DNA from: Glaucostegus cemiculus
Taxonomy: Eukaryota
NCBI GenBank assembly: GCA_976551045.1
Contig: CDPCPM010000107.1
Coordinates: 9,176,001-9,240,000 of the forward strand
Length of the DNA stretch: 64,000 nucleotides
Direction of reading: 5' to 3'
The position numbers were made by a program, and so were the translations under genes. The notes beneath the pieces were generated by a model. The model ran no database searches, was not told the origin of the DNA, and saw only the letters and a list, made by a program, of their open reading frames with translations. Positions within the stretch are counted from its first letter, which is position 1; each line of letters opens with the position of its first letter. Below are positions 23,686 through 37,019 of this stretch, piece by piece.

Positions 23686-26652
23686 GTCACCCAAGAGCGA
23701 GCCTCGGTTTAGCACAGAGGCTATCAAATGGCAGGCATTACAGATTGCCTTGGGAATAAATAATTCGAGTTCCTCAAAAGACTGGCATAGGCCATGAGAA
23801 TTTTCTTCTCACATTCATTCACCAGTCAGACATTCTGGGAGTGAAAGCCCTTGTGATTCATGTAGAGATTATGGTTCCCATAAGGAATCTAAATTTCCAC
23901 ATGAGTACATGGCTGAAGCTCTGCCCACAAAACTTGGCTGATCTCGGTCATCTCTGACTTAGCCTCATGGAGTCATAGAGTCATGCCGCACAGCAACAAG
24001 CCCTTCAACCCATCAAGTCTGTGTTGACTATCAAGCATCCATTTACACTATCCCATTTTATTCTCCCCACTTTCATCTGGATACATCATTCCTTGGGAAA
24101 AACTGTGCATAGGAAAGTGATATCCTGAATATGCTCGAGGGGTTGGGTACAGGGACATGAGCCCTTCTCCTGTCCTACAGGGTCTTTGGAAATGTTTGCC
24201 CTTCAGCCTTATCCTGCAGCGCAGATTGCACTACACACCCAGCAGGATCACTGCAGAAGCACCCATATGAAAGAGTTGATAACTGGAGAAACAACAATGA
24301 ACCTCAAAGTCTTCTGAATATGGACACACCACCCATCTACATGTCTAAGTATAGAATTGCTATTTTCATGGTATGTGCTTGCTTGTTTATCTTTGTATTT
24401 CAGAAAATCAGCCCAGCGAGAATTGCTAACCAGTGAGCTGGCTCTGGAATAGAATGTAATGCTTGGATGATCACAGCTTTAGATGTTCAACTATGTTTTT
24501 TTTTGCTGACTTCTTTCCATTAACTTCTTCATATTATGGGAATGCCTGATGATCCAATGGGAGAGTTGTCAAAGGAATAATTGTTCATTTGTCAGTTTCC
24601 TTTGGACCCAAGTTATGTGAATTTCTTGTTTGCTATTTATAAGCAGCTAATAGGAATTTTTTGATCTCTATCTTCCAGCACTAAAATACTTGACTTGGTT
24701 CCTCTTATAAAAATAAGAAACAAATTGTTGGGCTATATTGTTTCTGTTCTCAGTCTGTAAGTTTGAAAATTATTTTTAATAGCTTAAGCTGTGAATCACT
24801 CCTACAAAGAGTATGAATTATGCCAAGCAATGATTTCATACAGTGCCCCTTCCTTAATAGTTCAGTACTTTCTCAAGGATTTCATATGTAGATGACTCGT
24901 ACTGTATGCATTGGTTTTCAGAGAATTGTATGGAGGAATTCTGCAAATGTGATCTAATTGAGTATGAAATCAGCATCTGCAGAATTTGCATTGATTTCTT
25001 TCAAACAGGTACATCTGTTCCAGAGGTACATCTCTTCATCTATCCTGGAAAGACTCAAGATGGTTGAGGTTTGAAACTCTCTGCCGAAATACTCTTCAAT
25101 GATGACCTATTTGTCTGTAATATTGAGTAAGTAACAAAAAGATAATATGACACTAACATGAGATTAGCACAATTGCTCAACTTTTCTATTTTTAATTTTT
25201 ATTTTCTATTTCACAATTGCTTTGAAAAAAATTCAGTTTTAACCAAACAAAATATTGGCATTCTGGAGATACCAAAATCTTGAGCCACTGAATATTGTGG
25301 AAATTATCACTATATTCATCAGAGAAATGAATTAATGCATGTACAGAAGTTAAGGTTTGAAAAGTAATATTGATTTGTCTGTTGACTGTACTAAATAAGA
25401 CCACATTTGTGTGATGTGATCTAATGACATGTTGTATTCATTGCCTTTCGTCTTTTCCTTTTGGGGCCTATTTTGTGATGTCACTGTTTAGTACCATAGT
25501 TTTTAAATAATGAACTGATGTGTTTGTTAGTTCACACATATTGTGATTTATATCATAATTTCCTATTTTACTGCTCATGGAGGCAAGTTTTTGATCAATT
25601 GGACGGCAAGTAATTGTGCACAATTACAGATCAAGGCCTTGGGTAATGATGGATTGGTGAAATTTGACTCCCTTTCTTCCAATACTGAAATAATAGATTT
25701 GGTTCCTTTTATGAACATGAGAAAAAAATCCCCAGAAATATTCTTCCTCTTCTCAGTCTGAAATTGACCATTATTTTTAATAATTTGAGCTATTAACCAC
25801 TTCTGAAAAAAAATTAATTTTACTGGAATGATTTCGTAAACTGCCTCTTTCCTAAATAGTTTCAACACTTTAATTTTGTATGCCAGATGAAGTTGAGACC
25901 AGGTTGAGATGTGGGGGGGGAGTGGGAGCTGTTGAGCATTGTGGCTCAGGAGTGAGAGACGTGTTCGGGACTTGGGTAGGATGAATTGGATTGGCCATAA
26001 GATGATTGAGGTGGGGGTGGAGTGATGGGCCCCCATTAGCAAACTGAGGGTTGGGGCATCTGAGGATTGGGTTATTGAGGCATCAGAGGGTTAGGAGCAT
26101 CCACTGGGGCATTGCAGGGTTATGTAATTGAGTCCACAGAAGCCATAGGTATCGGGAACTTAGGCCATCAGGGATTCAAGGGATCAGGGCGTGGGGACTG
26201 AGGGTGAGGGGTAATCAGGGACATTGGGAGTCCCGGCTTTAGACCGGGTGGGGGTGGGGTTAAGTCAGAGGGTGAGATTAGTGGTTGGGAATAGCCAGTC
26301 TCACAATACTCTAAAAGGAGCATTGGTATAAGCCTGACATTGAAATGGCATCATGCACAAGAATGCCCATGCCTGAAAGAGTCTGGTCAAATTTCTGTAA
26401 TGATGTAGAATGACCTGCAAATAGTTGTTACATTTCACTCCACTCAAAGTACATCTTCAGTCTCAGATCACTGAAATGAATGATCCTATGCAGTGGAATA
26501 TCTAGGCTGGATCGTTTCAAATTAACAACAAACAACTTGTTTTTATATAGCGCCTTTCACAAAGGAAAACTTTCCAGTGTGTTTGACAGGAGCAGTGTAG
26601 ACAAAAATTTGATGTTGTGCCTCATAAGGAGATATCAGGGACAATGAACTGG

Positions 26653-27031
26653 TAAGTAAACCTTCAATTATAGGGCATCTGATTGTTTGGAAATCCTTAT
26701 GGTTCACCATCTGGCTAACTTGTTAATCCAGAGTATAAGCAGAGATCCAGAGTGCAAATGGGTGTGTGGTCGGAGTCGAGTTTTGGGTCTGGAACACCAG
26801 GGGTCAGGAACATGAGTAGGTTTGTGGCCAAATCTAGAGTCTGGAATGCTTGACTATTTCTAACTTCTTTTAAGCTCACCAGTTTCACTGGAGAATTTAT
26901 TATATTAAGGTGTGACATGTAAAAAGAAAGTGTTTGGGTACTAATAATAGCAACATCCAACAGTCTGGAATATCCGCTGGTCCAGCACTACCAAAGTCCC
27001 GAGCGTGCCGGATTATTGGAGTTTCACTGTA
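26653..27031. mobile_element. Tigger/pogo-like MITE inside an L2-like fragment
   Basis: Right end tgccggattattggagtttcactg+TA; left end TA+agtaaaccttcaattatagggca is a degenerate inverted copy. Confidence 0.65.
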
Positions 27032-27769
27032 CTTGGTCAAAGGAGTGTCTTCCATACAGAGAGAAAAGTGAACAGGTAGAGAGATTTATGCAGTGAATTA
27101 AGATCAAAGCAACAGAAAGCAGTCAACAGTTGAAGCACTATTAAAATTGGGGGTATTCGAGGCCAATTAGAGGAGCACAGGCATGATGGAGAGTAGAAGT
27201 AGAAAGGGTGATGGGCAAGACACAAGGGAGGATTTAAGAGAGAGGATGTGAATTTTAATACCAAGATGTTACTTAATTGGGATCCAAGTCAGCAAACACA
27301 AATGGGAATGGTCAGATTTAGGATACCGCAGCTGAGTGTTGAATTACCTCAGAGAGCATAGGATGTGGAAGACTGAACAGTGAGTTGCTATAGTCAAGTT
27401 GCGATGACAATGGAGTTGAGGCAGGATAGGCATGTGACATAATGGAGGTGGAAATTTAAATATGAATGAGTAAAAGAGGTAAAAACCACCTGTTTATTGC
27501 ACTCTTCAAACACAAGGACACCTCTAAATGCAAGTATGAAGGGGAAATTGAAGGAAACTCTGGAAGACGAAATGCAGTGTTGCTGACAAAGATTTTTTAG
27601 AAGCCAAGCAAAATACCACAATATTGGAAGTCCAAGATATAAACAGAAAACACCAGAGATGCTCAGCAGGTCAAATGGATGTTGAAGGAGAGAAAAACAG
27701 GGATGACATTTCCAGTTCTGATGAAAAGATATTTGACTAGGAATATTTAGAGATATTGAAAAAAAAAGT

Positions 27770-30700
27770 TTTAGAGGAGAAGTTTTGGAGTTATAGATTT
27801 GTTGAAGTGGACCAGTGTTGGAGTTGGGGGACTGAGGCTTGGCTCGAGGCTTTGGCGAGAGGAGGTGGAGGCTAAGGTAGGTTTCTGGTAAGTTGCTTTC
27901 TTTCTTTGATTTTCCCTTTAGTGCCAGGCTAGAGTAGTTGGAATGGCTTCAGAGCCAGTGGTGCGTTCATCTTGTAAGATGTGGGAGTTCAGGGAGACTG
28001 GAGGTCTCCCTGATAGCTACTCCTGCACAAGGTGCATCCAGCTGCAGCTCCTTACAGACCGTGTTAGGGAACTGGAGCTGCAGCTGGATGACCTTTGGCT
28101 CCTATGGGAGAATGAGGAGTTCATGGATAAGAGCTACAGAGAGGCAGTCACTCCTAAGCTGCAGGAGGCAGGTAGCTGGGTGACTGTCAGAAGGAGGAAG
28201 GAGAAAAGGCAGGTAGTGCAGAGTACCCCTGTGGCCATTCCCCTGAATAGCAGGTATACCACTTTGGATACTGTTGGGGGGGGGGGGCGGAACCTACCAG
28301 GGGAAAGATGCAGTGACCATGTCTCTGGTACTGAGCCTGGTCATGTGGTGCAGAAGGGAAGGGGGGAGGAGAGGAGAGCGGTAGTGATAGGGGATTCCAT
28401 AGTAAGGGGGGGCAAGAGGAGATTCTGTGGAATTGAAAGAGATTCCCGGATGGTATGTTGCCTCCCAGGTGCCAGGGTCTGAGACATCTCGGAGCAGGTC
28501 CACAGCATTCTGAAGGGGGAGGGTGAACAGCCAGAAGTTGTGGTACATATTGGTATCAATGACATAGGTAGGAAAAGAGATGAGGTCCTGAAGAGAGAAT
28601 ATAGGGAGCTAGGTAGGAAGCTGAAAAGCAGAATCTCAAGGGTAGTAATCTCTAGATTGCTGCCTGTGCCACTTGCCAGTGAGGGTAAAAATAGGATGAT
28701 CTGGCAGCTGAATGCATGGCTGAGGAGTTGATGCATGGGGCAAGGTTTCAGATTTGTGGATCTCTTGGGGAAAGTATGACCTGTACAAAAGGGATGGGAT
28801 ACACCAGAACTGGAGGGGGACCAATATTCTTGCAGGCAGGTTTGCTAGAACTGTTGGGGAGGGTTTAAACTAGTTTGGCAGGGGGATGGGAACCTGAGTG
28901 ATAGGTTAGAGGTTGGTGCATTTAGTGCACAAGTAGATGCAGCATGTAGAAAGAATGTGAGGAAGGATAGGCAGTTGAAAGGGCAAAATTGCAGTCAGTT
29001 GGATGGGCTGAAGTGCGTCTACTTTAATGCGAGGAGTATCAGGAACAAGGGCGATGAATTTAGAGCAAGGGTAAGTACATGGAACTATGACGTGGTGGCC
29101 ATTACAGAGACTTGGCTGTCACAAGGGCAGGAATGGCTGTTGGATGCTCCAGGGCTTAGATGTTTCACAAGGGACAGAGACAGAAGAAAAAGAGGTGGGG
29201 GAGTGGCTTTGCTGATCAGGGACAGTGTCACAGCTGTAGAAAGGGAGGATGTTCTGGAGGGATCGTCTACTGAGTCAGTGTGGGTGGAAGTCAGAAACAG
29301 AAAGGGAGCAATCACTCTTTTGGGAATATTCTTCAGACACCACACCTCCCACCCACCACCTCCCCCCCCCCCCCCCACCCCCACCGCCGTAGCAGTAGAG
29401 ACACTGAGGAACAGACTGGGAGGTAGATTTTGGAAAGGTGCAAAAATAACATGGTTGTAGTCATGGGTGATTTCAACTTCCCTAATATTGATTGGCACCT
29501 CCTTATTGTAAAGGGGATAGAGAGGACAGAGTTTGTTAGGAGTGCCTAGGAAGGATTCGTAACACAGTATGTGGACAGGCTGACCAGAGGAGTGGCCATA
29601 ATGGACCTGGAACTAGGCAATGAACCTGATCAGGTTTCAGAGCTCTCACTGAGGGAGCATTTTGGAGATAGTGACCATAACTCCTTGACCTTTACCATAG
29701 CCTTGGAGAGGGATAGGAGCAGATGATATGGCAAAGTATTTAATTGGGAGAGGGGGAATTATGATGATATTAGGCAGGACTTGAGAGCATAAATTGGGAA
29801 CAGATGTTCTGTGGGAAGTACACAATAGAAATGTGGAAGGTTGTTTAGTGAGTACTTACATGGGATTCTGGATAGGTTTGTCCCATTGAGGTAGGGTAAG
29901 GATGGTAGAATGAAGATACGTAGAATATCTTGTCAAGAGGAAGAAAGAAGCTTACCTAAGGATTAGAAAGCAAGGATCAAACAGGGCTCTGGAGAGTTAC
30001 AAGGTAGACAGGAGGGACCTTAAGAATGGACTTAGGAGAGCTAGAAGGGGGCATGAGAAGACCTTGGCAAGTAGGATTAAGGAAGACCCCAAGGCATTCT
30101 ACATGTATGCCTGGAGTCAGAAGAGGTAGGGGATGTCCTTAATGAATACTTTTCTTCAGTATTCACCAGAGAGAGAGACCTTGACATTTGTGGGGATGGT
30201 GTACAGCAGGCTGATGCACTAGAGCATGTTGATGCGAAGAAAGAATATGTACTGGAATTTTTGAAAAACAGTAGGATAGATAAGTCATCGAGGCCAGATG
30301 GGTTATAACCAACGTTATTATGGGAAGTGAGCGAAGAGATTGCTGTACCTTTGGTGATGTTCCTTGCATGCTCACTGGCCACAGGAGTAGTGACAGATGA
30401 TTGGAGGGTGGCAAATGTTGATCCTTTGTTCAAGAAAGGGAGTAGGGATAACCCTGGGAATTACAGACCACTGAATCTCATTTCAATGGTGGGCAAATTA
30501 CTGGAGAAGATTCTTACAGATAGGATTTGTGAGCATTTGGAGAAGCATAGGCTGATTAGTGACAGTCAGCGTGGCGTTGTGAGGGGCAGGTTGTGCCTCA
30601 CAAGCCTGATTGAATTCTTTGAGGATGTGACAAGGCACATTGATGAAAGTAGGGCAGTGGATGTGGTGTACAGGGATTTTAGTAAGGTGTTTGATGTTTC

Positions 30701-31768
30701 CTCATGGAAGGCAAATTTAGAAAGTCAGGAGGCATGGGATCCAGGGAAACTTGGCTGTGCGGATTCAGATTGGCTCACCTTTAGGAGACAGAGGGTGGTT
30801 GTAGATGGAAGGTATCCTGCCTGGAGGTTGGTGACCAGTGGTGTTCCGGAGGGATCTATTCTGGGACCTCTGCTCTTTGTGATTTTTATAAATTACTTGG
30901 ATGAGGATATGGAAGGGTGGGTTAGTAGGTTTGCAGATGACACGAAGGTTGGTGGTGTTGTGGATAGTGTAGAAGGTTACTGTAGGTTACAACAGGACAT
31001 TGATAGGATGGGCTGAGAAGTGGCAGATTGTGTTCAACCCAGAAAAGTGTGAAGTGATACACTTTGGAAGATTAAATTTGAAGGCAGAATACAAAATTAA
31101 TGGCAGGACTCTTAGCAGTGTGGAGGAACAGAGGGATATTGGGGTCCATGTCCATTGATCCGTCAAGGTTGCTGTGTAGGTTGATAGGGTTGTTAAGAAG
31201 CCGTATGGTGTGTTGGCCTTCATTAGTCGGGGTATTAAGTTCAAGAGCCACGAGGTAATGTTGCAGCTCTACAGAACTCTGGTTAGACCACACTTGGATT
31301 ATTGTGTTCAGTTCTGGTTGCCTCATTATAGGAAAGATGTGGAAACTTTAGAGGGGGTGCAGAAGAGATTTACCAGGATGTTGCCTGGATTAAACCAGGG
31401 CTTTTCTCTTTGCAGTGAAAGTGGATGAGAGGTGACTTGATAGAGGTGTACAAGATGAAAAGAGGTATAGATCAAATGGACAGTCAGAGACTTTTACCCA
31501 GGGTGAAAATGGCTAACAGTAGGGCGCAGAATTTTAAGGTGATTGGAGGAAGGTATGGGGGGATGTAAGAGGTAAGTCTTTTTACATAGAGAGTGTGGAA
31601 GCAGATACATTAGGGACATTTCTGAGACTCTTAGCCCTCCATTTTTCAATCATTCATTTGCCTATCTATGTGGAAGGGAAGGGTTAGATAGCTCTTGGAG
31701 TAGGACAAAATGTTGGCACAACATCATGGGCCAAAGGGCCTGTACTGTGCTGTAATGTTCTATGTTCC
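27770..31768 (+). mobile_element. Near full-length degenerate CR1-clade LINE (ORF1 zinc-finger/leucine-zipper/esterase; ORF2 endonuclease and RT)
   Basis: ORF1 from 27943: CKMW..CTRC, leucine heptads, VVIGDSIVR, VHIGINDI. ORF2: YFNARSIRNK, VAITETWL, GGGVAL, MGDFNFP, SDH, PGNYRP, GVPEGSILGPLLF, FADD. 3' tail ...gttctatgttc. Many stops and frameshifts. The 5' boundary is approximate. Confidence 0.95.
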
Positions 31769-31814
31769 AGAAAGAGGAGATGAGCAGAGAGAACAGAAGG
31801 AAAGGTCAGTAATA

Positions 31815-32069
31815 CAGGCCATCCCTGTTTTATAGATGTCCATAAGTTGATTTTTTTCCATATGTTTAAAAAATATAAATCACTCGCTGTGGTATCAAAA
31901 GCACATTAGACGGATTAGAACAACAATTACTAAAAGTGGATAGAGAAAACTAGTTCTGCCATTCATAGGAATGCATGTACATATGTTGGACTTCTGAATT
32001 TAATATTATGGGAGCTAGTTCATATATCAGGGGTATCCATTAGTTGGGCATTAACCCGGAGATGGCTTG
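31815..32069. mobile_element. Tigger/pogo-like MITE
   Basis: TA|caggccatccctgttttat ... attaacccggagatggcttg|TA: imperfect terminal inverted repeats with TA duplication. Confidence 0.75.
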
Positions 32070-32092
32070 TACGTTGGAGGGCAGGAGGAATT

Positions 32093-32360
32093 CAGTCACG
32101 TCATACAGCACGGAAACGGGTCCTTTATCCCACCGAGTCCATGCTGACCAACAAGTACCCATTTGCGTCAATCCTATGCTTTTCCCACTTTACTTTCCCC
32201 ACAATGTCTTGGGAATGTGGGAGGAAATCTGAGCACCCAGAGGAAACCCACAGTCACATAGAGAGCATACAAACTTCAGACAGCACCCGAAGTCAGGATT
32301 GAACCCAGCGTGCTGGAGCTGTGAGGCAGCAGCTCTACTAGCTGCACCACTGTGCTGCCT
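32093..32360 (-). mobile_element. V-SINE
   Basis: Reverse of ggcagcacagtggtgcagctagtagagctgctgcctcacagctccagc..gggttcaatcctgac, V-domain and LINE-like tail. Confidence 0.85.
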
Positions 32361-32809
32361 AAATGACAAAAAGGGGTGGTGATGCTGACTGAAGGAGGCT
32401 GATAAAAGCTCATGATAAACAAAATGTCTGTCTGGGGAAGGCAAATTATGAAATATAAAATCTGAAGATTTTTTGCCAAACTTTTAAAAATATAAAAGTA
32501 TCAAGACAAATTTATTTTGGGAGTTCCACTGAGTTTACTGACAGAAGGAATAAAAAAAGTGATAAACTTACAGGGGATAAAATGAGAAATCAAAGTCAGA
32601 AAAGAGCATCTAAGTAATTTGTATTGTAAAATCAGAAGTATTGAATAAGTAGAATGGGAAGAAAAACACCAATGTAAGCAATAGAAAACCTGGTTGTTTT
32701 GGGTTGCTCTGAGTTAAACATGCATAGAAATAAACCTATTCCTTATATGAGGTGTTTTAGTCTTGTAACTTGGAGTTTGTTTCAGCATTTTTATTTTTAA
32801 CTGTGCTCA

Positions 32810-33050
32810 TTTGGTAGCAAGCTTGAGTCAGAAGGTTGTGGGTTCAAGTCCCACTCCAGAGATTTTAGCATAACAATCCAGCCGTAGTGAAAGATTGTAA
32901 TGTTATCCAACAGGAATTATCCAACCTTTCTGGCCCTGTGGTGGATAGGAAAGATCTCATGCCACAATGTTAAAAAAAGTAGGTATCCTAGCCAATCCTT
33001 GGTGCCTTGTCCAATATTTATTACTCAACCAACATCTCAAGAACAGCTCT
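32810..33050 (+). mobile_element. Deu-domain SINE (SacSINE1/AmnSINE-like), degenerate
   Basis: tgagtcagaaggttgtgggttcaagtcccactccagaga head, then aaaagatctcatg...ccaatatttattactcaaccaacatc Deu-like core. Confidence 0.7.
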
Positions 33051-36000
33051 AAACTGGTGCAGGATCTGAAAGATAACCCCCTAGTATAATTGCCATAGTA
33101 GGAGATTATTTGGGCAGGCTCATTTGTCCAGGCCTAGATATGCCTCTTCTGTCAGACAATGACTTATGACTGGATCCTCATTTTAATATCATTGCGAATT
33201 TTCTTCTCATTTGCTCAAAAGCAAAACATTCAGAAACAATAGTTTGCATTAATAGTGTCTGTAACATTGTATAACATAAGTATGTATATTTTTTGAGGTG
33301 CATTTTAAGGAGACAATAGTTAAAAAAAAATTTAGAAAAGGAATTCCAGGGCTGAGGAAGGCCCAGTGACCACTGTTGTAATGATTAAAATCTGGGATGC
33401 GCAAGAGGCCAGAATTAGAATGCAAGTATCATTGAGTTTTAGGGCTGCAGGAAATTAGAGATGGGAAGTAGTTATGGTCAATAGTGAGAATTGAAAGCAA
33501 AGATACTGTTTTAAAATCAACACTGTTTAACCAGGATCTAATGTATGTCAATAAAGATCAGTGGATGGGTGAGTAGAATGTGAGTGTGAGTTAGGTTAGA
33601 AGGAGCACAATTTTAGAGGAGCTCAAGTAATTGGAAGAAGGAAACCCAGCCATGCATACATTGGAATAGATAACAAAGCCATGGATAAGAATTGCAAGGG
33701 TAGATTCATATTCGGGTGAGTCTTGGCAAAGGTGAATATATGTGGTCAAATCATCAGCTCGGAGTTGATACTCTACTGCTTATTCTTTCCTGGACTGAAG
33801 GCTCGGTAGCCAATGATGTTATAATTAAAATCAAGGTTGCATAAGAGGCCAGAAATAGAGAGCAAATACCACTTTTAGAAATGAATGGAATTAAGATGGG
33901 AAAGGGTTATAGCCATTAGAAGGATTTGAAAGCAAAAGGAAAGCAATGGAATGCCACCACTTAAGTTTTCCTTCTACAATTTATTAATGCTTAAATATTT
34001 TGAAAATGAATTTAAGCTAAGCAAGCTTAATACAACCCAATCATTACCTGATGCTCTCCTAAATTAATGAATTCAAAAATTTCAACCAGGCTCATGTTTT
34101 TGTTTGGATTCCAGCCTTGGTATTTCTGAAAGAAAAATACTTAGTTAATCATTAACCTCTTCCCACTATAAAACCAGAAGCAGAGAAAAAGTTGGCAGTG
34201 TGTTAGTTAGCATCCTGCCATCTTGCCTTTATGAACTGTTTTTAAAGCTATCCTAGAATGATGGAATTAAGGTATCCCTGCCAATTTTAAGAGTCCCGTG
34301 TGAAAGTTAGATATTCTAATGTGGTTGAAAAGTCTGGGACAGAAGATAAAAATGTCAATCATTTGGCATTAAATTATGCATCCTTTTTCAGACTTAAGGA
34401 TGAGTTTTAGAAATTGAATAAAGGCGGGGTGAGATGGAATGGGAGAAGTTAGCTGTGGGTAAATGAAGAAAATCACAGATCACCACTTGGGACGATTATC
34501 AGCCTAGTTGAACAGGCAGTATGTGATTTCACTGGCCCACCATCTGTAATATTTCATTCCTTTCTATTATCCCATCACACCTTAGTGTACACCTCATACT
34601 CCTTCTTAAAAACCTACCACTGAGGTACCAATACAAATTTAACATGGAGTTTGGTCTAAATCGATATTAAAAAACATTTCATTGAGGAATGAGTCAATTT
34701 CTAAGTGTGCTTTGAAATACTAACTGAAGTCTCTGCAGTTTGAATTCAGTTATTAGAACAATTACAAGGTGTCACAGCTTCCCATTACAAGCTTAGATGA
34801 TCTTATTAATCTGTTGATTACATTACAATGGAAAAAATATTTATCTTGCAGATGGACAATTCTATTTTTTTGATCAGTAAATCTGAAACACATCCAACTT
34901 TGAAATCAGTGGATGACAAACTTTGAGTATCTAAAGTACAAATAAATGACAATATCATTGCAGGTATCATAGCATGAGTTAAATTTATCTACTGCACTTT
35001 TAAACAAGCTTGCAGGAATTGTAGTGTTACTGATCATTTCTGCACTATACAATCTCTTAAAAGGTTATTTGGTCAATTTTAAACTATAGATAGGTGCCCA
35101 AGGCAGCAACACAATGTTAATTTTGAACTGTACATTTAAAACTAGGGCCTAAATAAGGAAGGCTGGTACTTGCAGGGTAGAGAACTTTTATTTGAAACAG
35201 CAATTATTTTCATATCAGGTTACAGATCACTATTGTCCTTGATCAGAAAACAAATTCCATACTAATCAATTACAGGAGGAAAAGTGCATACATCAGCAGC
35301 TCTGACTGTAACCTTGCAATAACTGTAGAAGCAAAAGACCACATTTAGAATGGGGAGACTAACTTTGTCAGGGCAAACAATTGCATATTAGTTTATGGCT
35401 TTTTTGAAGGAAAGTTTTCCCCAAAGTATAGAATTTGATCTGGCAAGGTCAAAATTAGTAGTCTATTCTGTTTCTGCTTCACTCTGAGGGCCCCAAGTTA
35501 ACAGTCTGGCAAAGAACATACACATGTGGCACACACGGTCTAAATTCTCTCAGCATCAAGACTCAAACTAAAGACCATAGGTTAGGAGGCAAATGTCTTT
35601 GCAACACTGCCAGAATGTTGAATGCAAATCAAATGACGATTTTCATTTCTCCAAGCTATGAGCAAATGTCAACTAACTACTAATGGTTTGAAGTGAAGGA
35701 AATGTGGAGCAGTAAGATGTATTAGCCAAAAAACTATTAACTTGTTCATTCTTGGATACTGGCTAGTAAGGTAGTAACAAGCAAATAGTGGCACTCAATG
35801 TAACAGAGTGAAGCAATGTTTCCAAACTAAACCTTAGAAGTACAAGTGTGATAAATGTTAACATCAACAGTACCTCAGTCTTGGCCATCTTCAGTTCAGT
35901 TAATTGTTACATTGCCATCATTTGCCTGAAATACTTGGGAGTGTTTTCCTGCCTTTATTTTGCACATTATTTCAAAAGCACAGGTTTAAATGTTTATAAC

Positions 36001-37019
36001 CGGCCATGATAGATGGCTGAACTCATAAATCTGGATTTTCTCCCTAAAAGGTAATTTGGTCATATCCAATTTGTCAGTTTTGATCATTAAACTTACCTAT
36101 TCACTACCATCAGATGTAAATTATACTGGTCATCCAGCTTCAAGTTGGAGTACAGTTACCTTTTTGAATTAATGTAACGGTAAAGCTTCTAGTCCAAGTC
36201 GCATTACAGAATTCAGTTATTTCCATGCATCTCTCTCATCACCCCATTTCCCCTATCAAACCCATAAAATAGATTGGACAAACTGAAAGCTTCAAGAGTA
36301 ATGTTTTTCATTAAAAAAATCAGAATTTTCTGTTCAAAACTTTATTGGGATTTTCTGAAAATGGGCACAAGGAAAAAATTCATAACATACAGACATTTAC
36401 AAAGAATGAAACACTTGTCATGTCTTGACTACACAATCAAATTGTGAGAACCTGGAGAGCAAGAAATGGAAAGTAACATACAACTGTTTGACAATGCTTA
36501 TGCAACTATAGATTATGGGAAGCCAGCTATTAAACAAGTTATTACACTGTGCAGCAACAAAAACTTGCAGTGGCTTCCAGGAACAAAGAACACTAGACAG
36601 CCTGAGTTACAGCAGCATCTCCACTTTAGAAATGGTGTCAGTCTTAAATTGGTCAGAACACCAAGTGACAAGTAACAGCAGCCAATATAGTTGAATGCAA
36701 ATAGAGTTTATGGTGCATAAAATTAGTGTTAACAGTCATGTATATAGCGGATTCACTTGACAAAGCTTGTTGCTAACATACCAGAATTAAGATATTACAG
36801 TTTGAAAACTCTGAACTACAATGTTACATGAGGCAGTGTTTGAGAGAGTAAGGCATTTATGTACTGGGATCGCCAATGTAATTTTGTAATCTAACCAAAA
36901 AATAACATTTCCAAAACTGGATGAATCCAGGTAGTATATTTTAGAACCAATTATGTTCACGTTTTAGAAATTGAAATGCATGCATGTTTCAAAAGAACAC
37001 ACACAACAGTAGCACATTG

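Noticed and set aside
27943-31428. CR1 as an active element or a domesticated esterase gene
   Set aside because: Stops, frameshifts, homopolymer expansions and deletions in both ORFs.
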